From an uncultured cyanobacterium (GTDB taxonomy: Bacteria; Cyanobacteriota; Cyanobacteriia; PCC-9006; JAAUQQ01), in the NCBI GenBank assembly GCA_963718615.1, contig OY970368.1:2688001-2752000 (forward strand): a DNA stretch of 64,000 bases, in the 5' to 3' direction. The notes below the pieces were generated by a model. It was not told the origin of the DNA, ran no database searches, and saw only the letters and a program-made list of their open reading frames with translations. Shown in pieces: positions 51,948 through 62,271 of the stretch. Within the stretch, counting starts at the first letter, position 1, and every line of letters starts with the position of its first letter. Made by a program: the position numbers and the translations under genes.

Positions 51948-54900
51948 TTAGGGCCACTGCTTGCAGATGTCGCGGGTGGTTTGGAGGAGGGTGGAGAAGG
52001 TTGCGTCGTTGCTGAGGTGGAGGAGGATGAGGGGGCGGATTTTGGGGAGGGCTTTGAGGAGGGCACTGCGGTTTTGGTAGGCGAGGGTGTCGAGGGTTTT
52101 GGCCCAGTCGGGGAAGGTTGGGGTGAGTTGGAGGAGGTGGGGCAGGAAGCCTTGCAGGGCTTTGGCGCGGAAGTAGGGGTCTTGGATATTCCAGGCGGCT
52201 TGTAGGGATTGGGGGAGGAGTTCGGGGGGGAGATGCTCGGCTAAACCGCTCAGGGCGATTGCCCGACTGGACTCGTCTTTGAGTTGAGAGGCCATTCCTA
52301 GCACTTCAGATAAAAGTTCCGGGAACAACTGCTTGCAGAGTCTAATCAGTGTCCAAAGCTGAAGAGCCCGCTGTCTTTCATCTTTGAGTTCTCGGGTGAC
52401 TTCCAGTGCTTCGGGCAATAACTCCGGCAACTGTTTCGAGAGTTCTACCAGGGCATCAGCTCGCTGCCATTCCTCTTTGAGCCCTCGGGTGACCTCCAGT
52501 GCTTCGGGCAATAGCTCGGGCAACTGTTCTGAGAGTTTTCTCATTCCCCAAGCCCGCTGCCATTCATCTTTGAGCTCTCGGGTGACTTCTAGCGCTTCGG
52601 GCAATAGCTCGGGCAACTGTTTCGAGAGTTCTCTCAGTGCAGAAGCCCGCTGCCTTTCATCCTTGATGTCTCGGGTGACCTCCAGTGCTTCGGGCAATAG
52701 CTCAGGCAACTGTTTGGAAAGTTCTATCAGTGCATCAGCCCGCCGCCATTCAGCCTTGATGTCTCGGGTAACCTCCAGTGCTTCAGGCAATAGCTCCGGC
52801 AACTGTTTCGAGAGTTCTATCAGTGCATCAGCCCGCCCCCCTTCATCCTTGATCTCTCGGGTGACCTCCAGAGCTTCGGGCAATAGCTCCGGCAACTGTT
52901 TCGAGAGTTCTCTCAGGGCATCAGCCCGCGATCCTTCATCTTTGAGTTCTCGGGTGACCTCCAGAGCTTCGGGCAATAGCTCCGGCAACTGTTTCGAGAG
53001 TTCTCTCAGGGCATCAGCCCGCTGCCATTCATCCTTGATGTTTCGGGTGACCTCCAGCGCTTCCGGCAATAGCTCCGGCAACTGTTTCGAGAGTTCTCTC
53101 AGGGCAAAAGCCCGCTCCCATTCCTCTTTGAGTTCTCGGGTGACCTCCAGTGCTTCGGGCAATAGCTCCGGTAACTGTTTTGAGATTTCAATCAGGGCAA
53201 AAGCCCGCTGCCATTCCTCTTTGAGTTCTCGGGTGAGCTCCAGCGCTTCGGGCAATAGCTCCGGCAACTGTTTGGAGAGGTCTCTCAGTGCATAAGCCCG
53301 CTGCTGTTCATTCTTGATATCTCGGGTGAGCTCCAGCGCTTCTGGCAATAGCTCGGGCAACTGTTTGGAGAGGTCTATCAGTGCATAAGCCCGCTGCCAT
53401 TCATCTTTGATCTCACGCGTGACTTCCAGCACTTCTGGCAATAGATCGGGCTGTCTTTCCGCTAAGGCCACCAAAGCCTCCGCTCGATCCGCTACATCGT
53501 TCATGCTTCGAGCCAGATCAAGGACCTCACCCAGATAACTAGCAGGCAGCTTAGAAGATAACTGAGTGATCGCAAAGGCACGATAGGAAAAACCTTCATT
53601 TTGATGGCGATGATTCCCAAAACGATCCTGAATCTGACGAATTGTTTCCAAAACCTCCGGCCAAAACTGCGGAAACCGTTCTGCCAGCTCAGCCAATACA
53701 TAGGACCGATAGGCCGCATCCCGAATCCCAGCCACCGCCCGCAACACCTCATCCAACAACGCCTCCGGCATATAGGGCACAATTGCAGCAATACACGCCG
53801 CCCGCTGCCAAGGATTCTGCGCCTGCTGGGCATAGGCCAACCCCTGGGCCGGTGACCAAACCTCCGCCTGCACCAACGCCCCCACCAATGACCCAGGCAC
53901 ATTACTCGCCAAACTATTCAACGATCCCCGGATCAAGGCATAGCGCCACAACAGCACCAGCGTCTCCCCCGGTGCCGCCTGATAATTCTCCACCGCCAGC
54001 CGCCAAGCCCGCCCCAGATCATTGACAAATCCCGCCGGTTTGCCGATCGCCTCACAAGCCTCAAACCACCCATTCTGCCCCCGCCCATTGCTCGCCGCCA
54101 ACAACCGATGAATCTCCTGGGGCTGCCGCGCCTGCTCCAGGTGCCAAGTCAACTGGGCAAAAATATAGCCATCATCCGCCAGCGTATGCCACTGCCCCTG
54201 GTCCGTCCGCGCCCGATACCGCTGCAAAAACTCACTGTGGGCCTCCGCCTTCGTCAGCCCCAGCCCCGGCAAATCCCCCGGCTCCAGAGGTTGCGGCGGA
54301 CTGATCAACAACCGCTGGGCCAAATCATGCATCAAATCATGCATCCGGTACGTCCGCCGATTGCCCGACCGCTTCACCCCCTGCAACAACAACGCCTTCG
54401 CACTAAACGTCCGCAAAATCGACCCCGCTTGCCGCGCCGTCACCTGCCACAACATCACCGCCATCTCCTGGGTCAAGCTCACATCCTCCGGCACAATCCC
54501 CAACCAAGCAAACTGCCGCAACTGCTCCAGCGAAAGCTGCTTCAGACTCAGGTTAAAACAAGCCAGCAAACTGTACCTGCGCCGCTTGGCATCATCCGGG
54601 ATATCCTCCCGCCCATACAAATCCAACCCCTCCAGCCGCGCCACCTCATCCCGAAAATCCTCAAACAACTCCGTCCAACTCACCCCCTCCTCAATCTGCG
54701 ACGCCGCCAATTCCAACGCCAAGGGCAAATAGCCCACCCGCTGAGCAAACGCCAACGCCTGCTGCCGATCCGCCTCGCTCAACGCCTCCGACAACTTCTG
54801 CGTCATCAGTTCCAACGCCTGCTCCGGACTCATCACATCCAAGTCATAGCGGTGCGCCTCCGAAATCCGCGCCTCCCGCGTCGTCACCAACACACAACAG

Positions 54901-56105
54901 CCCGTTCCCCCCACCCGAAACGGCTCCAGATGATCCGGATTCCAAACATCATCAACAATCACCAACGCCCGCTTATCGTAGAGCAACGTCCGCAAATGGT
55001 TCGAGGCCGACTCGATCGCCGTCGGCGTAAAATCGTTATCCCCCAACGCCTGAATCCAACCGCTCAACAACGGCAAAATATCCGGACTCTGCCCCAACGT
55101 CGCCCACAAAATCCCATCACAAAACCGCGCCTGCACCTGATCATCATGGGCCAACTTCGACGCCAACACCGACTTGCCAATGCCCCCCAAGCCATAAATC
55201 GCACTCACCACCAGTGTCCCGTAGGTCCTCGCATCCTCACAGAGCAACTGCTGCTTTACCTGTTCCTGGTGTTCAGGCCGCTCGACAAAATGATCCGGCA
55301 GCGGCGGCATTTGCAGCGGAATCGCCCGGTTGCGGTAAGACTGGGGCGCTGGCTTCTGGGCTACCTGGGACTCCGGCGGCACAGTGCCAAACGTCAGAAT
55401 CATCGACCCACTCGTACTGTGACACCGAAAGCCCTGAATCTGACCCTTCAGCCGCTGCTCCAGGGAATGGGTCAACGCCCCACTCGTCACATCCCCCCGG
55501 CTCGGGTCCAACCCCTCCAAGAGCGCAGCGGTCAAAACACTGTAGGGCGACGCCAAATCTTCGTAGGATGCCTCAAAATCGCGGGAAGACGTGATGAAAT
55601 AGCGATCGCGCACCTTCCCCCCCTTCGTACTCGTCAACTCACCAAAATTCAACAACGTTCCACTACTGCAACAATCCAACCAAACAATCTGCTGCCGCAC
55701 CGCGCTCTGCTCCAGCTGATCCCGCAGCCATTGCAGCTCCACCCCATAGTCATCCTCTGGGTCCCCATTGCTCGGAGCCAGATAGCCCTCCGTAGCGCTG
55801 ATAGCCTTCTTCCAACCATGTCCCGAAAAATACAGCAACGCCGTATCCGGCACCTGATCGCTGCTGGGCGGGTTAAACAGTTGAACGATGGCTTCCCGCA
55901 TTTGCTTTCGAGTCACCGGAATTTGCTGAGCGACCTGAGGATTCCCGGAGGCGATCGCCTCCGGCAACCGTTTCACCGTCGTAAAACGCCCGTGCTGCTC
56001 TAGGCGTTGGGCGATCGCCTCCGCATCCGTCGCAGGTGCTTTGAGATTGCCAAATTTGGAATGAGAATAGCAGTTGATACCAACAATCAGGGCGTCTCGA
56101 CTCAT
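51948..56105 (-). CDS. caspase (C14) - NB-ARC - Apaf-1-like helical - helical repeat protein
   Basis: ALIVGIN.Y, YFSGHG and WLDCC dyad; GLGGIGKS, IVDDVW, VTTR, LPLAL, MHD motifs; 31-aa repeats. Confidence 0.92.
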   Translation of the reverse strand: MSRDALIVGINCYSHSKFGNLKAPATDAEAIAQRLEQHGRFTTVKRLPEAIASGNPQVAQQIPVTRKQMREAIVQLFNPPSSDQVPDTALLYFSGHGWKKAISATEGYLAPSNGDPEDDYGVELQWLRDQLEQSAVRQQIVWLDCCSSGTLLNFGELTSTKGGKVRDRYFITSSRDFEASYEDLASPYSVLTAALLEGLDPSRGDVTSGALTHSLEQRLKGQIQGFRCHSTSGSMILTFGTVPPESQVAQKPAPQSYRNRAIPLQMPPLPDHFVERPEHQEQVKQQLLCEDARTYGTLVVSAIYGLGGIGKSVLASKLAHDDQVQARFCDGILWATLGQSPDILPLLSGWIQALGDNDFTPTAIESASNHLRTLLYDKRALVIVDDVWNPDHLEPFRVGGTGCCVLVTTREARISEAHRYDLDVMSPEQALELMTQKLSEALSEADRQQALAFAQRVGYLPLALELAASQIEEGVSWTELFEDFRDEVARLEGLDLYGREDIPDDAKRRRYSLLACFNLSLKQLSLEQLRQFAWLGIVPEDVSLTQEMAVMLWQVTARQAGSILRTFSAKALLLQGVKRSGNRRTYRMHDLMHDLAQRLLISPPQPLEPGDLPGLGLTKAEAHSEFLQRYRARTDQGQWHTLADDGYIFAQLTWHLEQARQPQEIHRLLAASNGRGQNGWFEACEAIGKPAGFVNDLGRAWRLAVENYQAAPGETLVLLWRYALIRGSLNSLASNVPGSLVGALVQAEVWSPAQGLAYAQQAQNPWQRAACIAAIVPYMPEALLDEVLRAVAGIRDAAYRSYVLAELAERFPQFWPEVLETIRQIQDRFGNHRHQNEGFSYRAFAITQLSSKLPASYLGEVLDLARSMNDVADRAEALVALAERQPDLLPEVLEVTREIKDEWQRAYALIDLSKQLPELLPEALELTRDIKNEQQRAYALRDLSKQLPELLPEALELTRELKEEWQRAFALIEISKQLPELLPEALEVTRELKEEWERAFALRELSKQLPELLPEALEVTRNIKDEWQRADALRELSKQLPELLPEALEVTRELKDEGSRADALRELSKQLPELLPEALEVTREIKDEGGRADALIELSKQLPELLPEALEVTRDIKAEWRRADALIELSKQLPELLPEALEVTRDIKDERQRASALRELSKQLPELLPEALEVTRELKDEWQRAWGMRKLSEQLPELLPEALEVTRGLKEEWQRADALVELSKQLPELLPEALEVTRELKDERQRALQLWTLIRLCKQLFPELLSEVLGMASQLKDESSRAIALSGLAEHLPPELLPQSLQAAWNIQDPYFRAKALQGFLPHLLQLTPTFPDWAKTLDTLAYQNRSALLKALPKIRPLILLHLSNDATFSTLLQTTRDICKQWP
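52365..53450 (-). repeat. 93-bp (31-aa) tandem array, about 12 units
   Basis: LPELLPEALEVTRxxKxExxRAxALxELSKQ repeated; DNA near-identical outside a few codons. Confidence 0.95.
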
Positions 56106-56148
56106 GGGGGGAAGAAAGGGGGTGGGAGGGCGATCGCTTTAATCTTGC

Positions 56149-57105
56149 TCAATTCTCATCTGCCAGCCAAACTGCTAGATCATCCACACTTGAAAAGTCT
56201 AAAAAAGCCTCATTTAAGCATTCCAATCGAGCAAGCGAGAGCTGCATAACTTTCGCCTCCAGTTCGCTGGGTAAAGATCCGAGAGTCCGACTCAAAAGCC
56301 TTAAAACTAGCGATCGCTGACGCTCTAATATCGTTGCTCGTTCCCGCACCGCACCTTCCTCAAGGCCCTCCTGCTTTCCCTCCTGCCGGGACGTATCAAC
56401 CACATTATTCAAATCTCGATAATATTTAAGGCTATTTTGGTAGCTTTCCTGCTCTATTTGAGAAAAATTAGCAATCTCAGCAACCTCAAAAAGCTGTTCA
56501 AAGATCTCTTCTTGTAAGGGTTGGGGGCGATCGCTCAGTTCTGCCAAATGCTTGAGCAAGAATAGCCACTTATCAAAATGAGTTTCTAACTGATCCAAGG
56601 ATTTGGTAAATTTTGGTAATTCCAGATAAATAAACTTGAGTTTGTCATAAAAGACTTCACATCGCTGATTTTTAAGTTCAACAACATGGAGTAGCTCCTG
56701 CTCATTTTTATGGTCATCAAACACAAAGTCCAAGACTCCAACAGTATAAACCGCTGCTAGTTCAAAGTTCCAATCCCCTCGAATGGCTTGTTCTTGAATT
56801 GGGAATGTTGCGTAATAGATACTCCTATCTTTGAAAAAGTTCTGTTTGGCTTTCTGGATTTCAACAATGAAGCGATCGCCGTTGTCGGCCTGGCAGTAAA
56901 TGTCAAAAATTGCCTTGCGATCGACAAGGGTATTACCAAGATTCTCACTATTCTTAAACACCACATCTGCAATGTGATGATGCTCGGGCAAAAGGGTATT
57001 TAGAAAATCAATCAACAGCCGTTTGTTTGGCTCTGTGCCGAAGACACGCTTGAAGCCAAAGTCGGTGAGTAGGCTGATGTATCTGTCTTGTAGGGGATAG
57101 AGCAT
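56149..57105 (-). CDS. Rpn-family PD-(D/E)XK nuclease with DUF4351-like C-terminus
   Basis: LTDFGFKRVFG, DI.C......FIVEIQ, YLELPKF, QEG repeats, LE.L.EA.LDF...DL..WL. Confidence 0.9.
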   Translation of the reverse strand: MLYPLQDRYISLLTDFGFKRVFGTEPNKRLLIDFLNTLLPEHHHIADVVFKNSENLGNTLVDRKAIFDIYCQADNGDRFIVEIQKAKQNFFKDRSIYYATFPIQEQAIRGDWNFELAAVYTVGVLDFVFDDHKNEQELLHVVELKNQRCEVFYDKLKFIYLELPKFTKSLDQLETHFDKWLFLLKHLAELSDRPQPLQEEIFEQLFEVAEIANFSQIEQESYQNSLKYYRDLNNVVDTSRQEGKQEGLEEGAVRERATILERQRSLVLRLLSRTLGSLPSELEAKVMQLSLARLECLNEAFLDFSSVDDLAVWLADEN

Positions 57106-57132
57106 GGCGATCGCAATAGAATTAAATAGGCT

Positions 57133-57498
57133 TTAGGAAGCAGCAATGATGCCCTCATCGGCTCCTTTTGACTCATTGCAAGATGGACAGGTAATCCAAA
57201 GATTTGTAGTAACGACCGCGAGTTCAGGATTTTTAGACAGTGGCTTTTTATGATCGATATGAGAGCCTTTCAGTGGAATTGGAGTTTGGCAAATGGCACA
57301 ACATCCCGATTGATACAAATACTGTTGTGCTTTCCAGGTCTGACCAGCTGTAGAATCCCGCCATCGATTAAAGCAAGCCCTCGGCGAATATTTTTGATGG
57401 ATGCGATCGCTGTCCTTCTTAAACTGGGTGATCTGTATTTTCTTGATTTTCGATAGTTCAAATATGCCTTGAACCAAATCTTTAAACGGAGATTTCAT
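57133..57498 (-). CDS. HNH endonuclease
   Basis: CAIC, HIDH..PLS, N....C..CN..K. Confidence 0.88.
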   Translation of the reverse strand: MKSPFKDLVQGIFELSKIKKIQITQFKKDSDRIHQKYSPRACFNRWRDSTAGQTWKAQQYLYQSGCCAICQTPIPLKGSHIDHKKPLSKNPELAVVTTNLWITCPSCNESKGADEGIIAAS

Positions 57499-57947
57499 CG
57501 CTGCTGACCTGTCTGCTGACCTATCGTTTCCTTTTCGATTTCCTGTTTGCTGACTTCACGCTTACCTCGATGGGTTGCAGCGATCGCTTCCAATTCTACG
57601 AGCTGCTGTTCTTTGAGGTGCATTGTTTGTAGCAGCGTTTGAGCCAATGCTCCGATCTCCGAAGTCGGCTGCTGAGCCACAAAGATCACAAGGTTATCCA
57701 ATCGGGCAGTAAGCTGTTTGAGAATGTCAGCAAGACAGGCTTTAGTTGCCAGACGGGTACGGGGTTGAGCGGCATAGACACGAATTGCCTGGATAACCTG
57801 ACGTAAATCATAGGTATAGGCACGTCCGAGACTGCCGATGGATTGCAAAGATCTTGTAATCACAGAAGCCTGATATCGCGAAGCCCCATACCCGACCAGT
57901 TGCGCACGCGTCACAGATTGCAAATCAAGTTCCAGATCTTTGGTCAT
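57495..57947 (-). CDS. hypothetical protein (possible N-terminal HTH)
   Basis: 150-aa ORF; stop overlaps the HNH start (ATGA). Confidence 0.7.
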   Translation of the reverse strand: MTKDLELDLQSVTRAQLVGYGASRYQASVITRSLQSIGSLGRAYTYDLRQVIQAIRVYAAQPRTRLATKACLADILKQLTARLDNLVIFVAQQPTSEIGALAQTLLQTMHLKEQQLVELEAIAATHRGKREVSKQEIEKETIGQQTGQQR

Positions 57948-57953
57948 GGACTA

Positions 57954-58370
57954 TTACGCTGCTCCCTGTTCTAGATCTGAATCATGATTGTATTCACTGT
58001 ATTGACTGAGAAGAGCTTCAATCCAGGGATCTTCTAAACCAAAAGGTTTGGCAAATCGATAAATTTTACTGATAAGGGTAACAAACTGACTTTTTTCGAG
58101 CTTGTCGGTTTCCCTATACTCGCTGATCTTTTTTTCGTATTCCTTCTCGATGGTCTCAATCTGCTTATTTTTTTTCGTCACTTGCCCTTTCTGGGCAGCT
58201 TGCAGCCGCTGACGCTCGTATAGCTCCGGCCCTGCAAATTGCAAGAGTGCGACGAACAGCTCTTGCTCAGAAGTAGATTTCAGGTCCACTGAAGCAAAGG
58301 CACGCTCCGCATCAGCGGCAGTCCATTGATAGGTTTTGGCTAAGGCGATCGCCTGCTTCTTGGTTAGCAT
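57954..58370 (-). CDS. hypothetical coiled-coil protein
   Basis: 138-aa ORF, 6 bp upstream of the next gene. Confidence 0.72.
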   Translation of the reverse strand: MLTKKQAIALAKTYQWTAADAERAFASVDLKSTSEQELFVALLQFAGPELYERQRLQAAQKGQVTKKNKQIETIEKEYEKKISEYRETDKLEKSQFVTLISKIYRFAKPFGLEDPWIEALLSQYSEYNHDSDLEQGAA

Positions 58371-58587
58371 GCTTAAACGGGTGCCTGGTAAAAACTGTCA
58401 TTACTAGCTGTTTAAGGTTACTCACCTCTTTTAGTATGCTACGTCAGAGAATTTTCGGATTCCGGAGTATTTATCAAACTTTCGAGAAATTTATATGGCA
58501 TAGGAAGATTGAAAGGCTGTTGTCCTCGCTCGCTATTGGTTCGACAGATTGTCGTTGTCCAAACTGATCGGCTTTCACACGAAAATG

Positions 58588-58620
58588 AAAAAAGGGCGAT
58601 CGCCCCAAGACGATCGCCCT
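58588..58620 (-). terminator. rho-independent terminator of groESL
   Basis: AGGGCGATCG-N8-CGATCGCCCT stem followed by a T tract on the minus strand. Confidence 0.85.
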
Positions 58621-58658
58621 CCTTTAAATCAAACTAACGGTGGTTTGAGCCTTAGACC

Positions 58659-60293
<1,635 letters not shown>

Positions 60294-60342
60294 GGTTCGT
60301 TCTCTTGATTGATTCCGGTGTCTTTGATGCGGGAAATCTTAT

Positions 60343-60654
60343 TTAGCTGACGATGGCCAGAATGTCCTTCTCGGACAACAACACGTACTCGTCGCTACCG
60401 AGCTTGATGTCTGTGCCAGCGTACTTGGAGTACAGGACTTTGTCGCCAATGTTGACGTCCATGGCTTGGCGGGTGCCATCATCGTTGCGCTTGCCGTCGC
60501 CGATTTGGACGACTTCACCCATTTGGGGCTTTTCCTTGGCGTTATCGGGCAGAATGATGCCACCAGCGGTTTTTTCTTCAGCTTCGCTGATTTTGACGAA
60601 AACGCGATCGCCCAGGGGCTTCACGGTAGAGACGCTTAAAGATACTGCAGCCAT
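60343..60654 (-). CDS. groES: co-chaperonin GroES
   Basis: KPLGDRV, GGIILPD.AKEKP, SKYAGT. Confidence 0.99.
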   Translation of the reverse strand: MAAVSLSVSTVKPLGDRVFVKISEAEEKTAGGIILPDNAKEKPQMGEVVQIGDGKRNDDGTRQAMDVNIGDKVLYSKYAGTDIKLGSDEYVLLSEKDILAIVS

Positions 60655-60687
60655 TGCTATCCTCCTAAAAACGGACGAGTTGAGGAA

Positions 60688-60714
60688 TTAGCACTCTCAA
60701 CCCACGAGTGCTAA
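60688..60714. promoter_or_regulatory. CIRCE element (HrcA operator)
   Basis: Perfect TTAGCACTC-N9-GAGTGCTAA. Confidence 0.97.
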
Positions 60715-60753
60715 TTTACCGAATTGCGCCCGCCAAAAGCAATGAACGCAACG

Positions 60754-60769
60754 GTGCGGGTTACCGAAC
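60754..60769 (-). promoter_or_regulatory. K-box upstream of groESL
   Basis: Minus strand GTTCGG-TAAC-CCGCAC matches GTTCGG-NNAN-CCNNAC. Confidence 0.8.
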
Positions 60770-60888
60770 AGCAGCGAGGGATACAAAAAAAATTGGCTGG
60801 CTGAGGACGATGATCGTTTCTCAACGGAGACTGTGTACCTTAACCTTAAGACCGATAAGAGCCAAACTGTTCAACCCATTCAGCTGTT

Positions 60889-62226
60889 ATGTCACGTCTT
60901 AATCAACGGGCCTATGATCTCTTGGTCGCTGAGATTTACCGTTTGTCCAATCACGATCCTATGCTTCAGGTTCAGCGAGACCTAGTGCTGAAGCGACTGC
61001 TGCGACTGCGGCAGCAAGCGGGTGCACCGGCAACGGCGGTTGAACTGAGAGCGGCAATTGTAGATTTATTTCCCAATTTTGATCCTCAACGGATTCAGCG
61101 AGCTGCAAGACTCAATCAGCCATCTCCCAGTTGGATGCAGAACTTGACACAGGTTTGCCGATGGGGCGCGATCGCCACCGGCATGATGGGCGGTTTAGCC
61201 GGTTTGGTTTGGGTCGCAAATTTGCCCTATCCCATGGTGCGTTGGCCTGTGGCCAAGGCCGCACCGATCTTGCTTCTGCCCAGCTTTATGGAGATGGACC
61301 ACCATTACCGACAAACCATTGCGTTGGTTGAACAGTCCGACCAATTGATCAATCAAGCGACAGGCCCCAAGGACATCGAGTTGGGCAAGACCAAAGTTAA
61401 AGCCGCTCAAGCGAGCCTAGACAAGCTACCCGTCTGGTTTTTGGGCTATTTCCCCCAGCGATACTGCACCGTCTTTAGCTGTTCCTGGCAATTTACGCTA
61501 GACGAATTTAAACAGGCTCGTGCCCAAGTCGGGCGGATGGAGGCCAAGGTCTTTCAAGAAGAGCAAGCACTACAACAGCTAGAAACGGCAACGGCTAATG
61601 TGGAGAACGCCAAGGGTCTCTATGCCACAATTCCCAGCAAGCAAGAGGCGATCGCCCTTTGGCAAACGGCAGTCGATCAACTCAATCAAATCCCCCCCAA
61701 AACCCTCGCCGGACGATTAGCACAACCCCAGATTTCCGCTGTACAGCGAGATTTCCAACAGCAGGTGAATACCGTCACCGCTCAGGGAACCACTCAAACG
61801 CAGATCGTCACGGCTCGGGCCTATGCCCAGGTTGCAGTTGAGACTGTACAAAATCCGCCACATCCGTCTGAAGTCTGGGAAAAAGCCGCTGACCATTGGC
61901 GGTTGGCGATCGCCGAACTACAGCGCATTCCCCCTCAAAGCCCCGGCTACATCGAAGCTCAAACCCTCAAAGCCCAATATGAAGGTCACCTGGGCACGGT
62001 CAAAATTCGGCTGACCCAAGAACAGGAAGCCCAAAAAGCCTTTCAACAAGCCCAGGAGGACTATGTGCGCCTGCTCGAAAATAACGCCCCAAATCACCCC
62101 CAATACCGAGCACAGCTCCAGCGGATTCTCAATAGCTTGGCCACCATAAAGCCAGGAACTACAGTTTATGGAGAGGCGATCGCCATGCTAAAACAGGTCC
62201 AAACGCTCCTTCGTCAGGTCTCTTGA
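60889..62226 (+). CDS. conserved cyanobacterial membrane-anchored helical protein
   Basis: One TM segment, NLPYPM.R.PVA..AP..LLPS motif, TPR-like/coiled-coil C-terminus. Confidence 0.78.
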   Translation: MSRLNQRAYDLLVAEIYRLSNHDPMLQVQRDLVLKRLLRLRQQAGAPATAVELRAAIVDLFPNFDPQRIQRAARLNQPSPSWMQNLTQVCRWGAIATGMMGGLAGLVWVANLPYPMVRWPVAKAAPILLLPSFMEMDHHYRQTIALVEQSDQLINQATGPKDIELGKTKVKAAQASLDKLPVWFLGYFPQRYCTVFSCSWQFTLDEFKQARAQVGRMEAKVFQEEQALQQLETATANVENAKGLYATIPSKQEAIALWQTAVDQLNQIPPKTLAGRLAQPQISAVQRDFQQQVNTVTAQGTTQTQIVTARAYAQVAVETVQNPPHPSEVWEKAADHWRLAIAELQRIPPQSPGYIEAQTLKAQYEGHLGTVKIRLTQEQEAQKAFQQAQEDYVRLLENNAPNHPQYRAQLQRILNSLATIKPGTTVYGEAIAMLKQVQTLLRQVS

Positions 62227-62271
62227 TCCCTGCAACGCTAAAGACCCCCTTTTGCTTTTGTGAGGGTTGCG

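Noticed and set aside
52384-53295. Ser-rich repeat ORF on the plus strand (also 37044-37646 and 37096-37677)
   Set aside because: Alternative-frame readings of the coding tandem arrays.
37047-53450. Repeat arrays as CRISPR arrays or diversity-generating retroelement targets
   Set aside because: Units are in-frame coding repeats without unique spacers; no cas or reverse transcriptase gene is present; the variation is not adenine-specific.
54108-56003. 631-aa antisense ORF
   Set aside because: Shadow of the caspase-NB-ARC gene, produced by the same compositional bias.
56149-57105. rpn as an IS transposase
   Set aside because: No terminal inverted repeats or target-site duplication; the Rpn family is not a demonstrated transposase.
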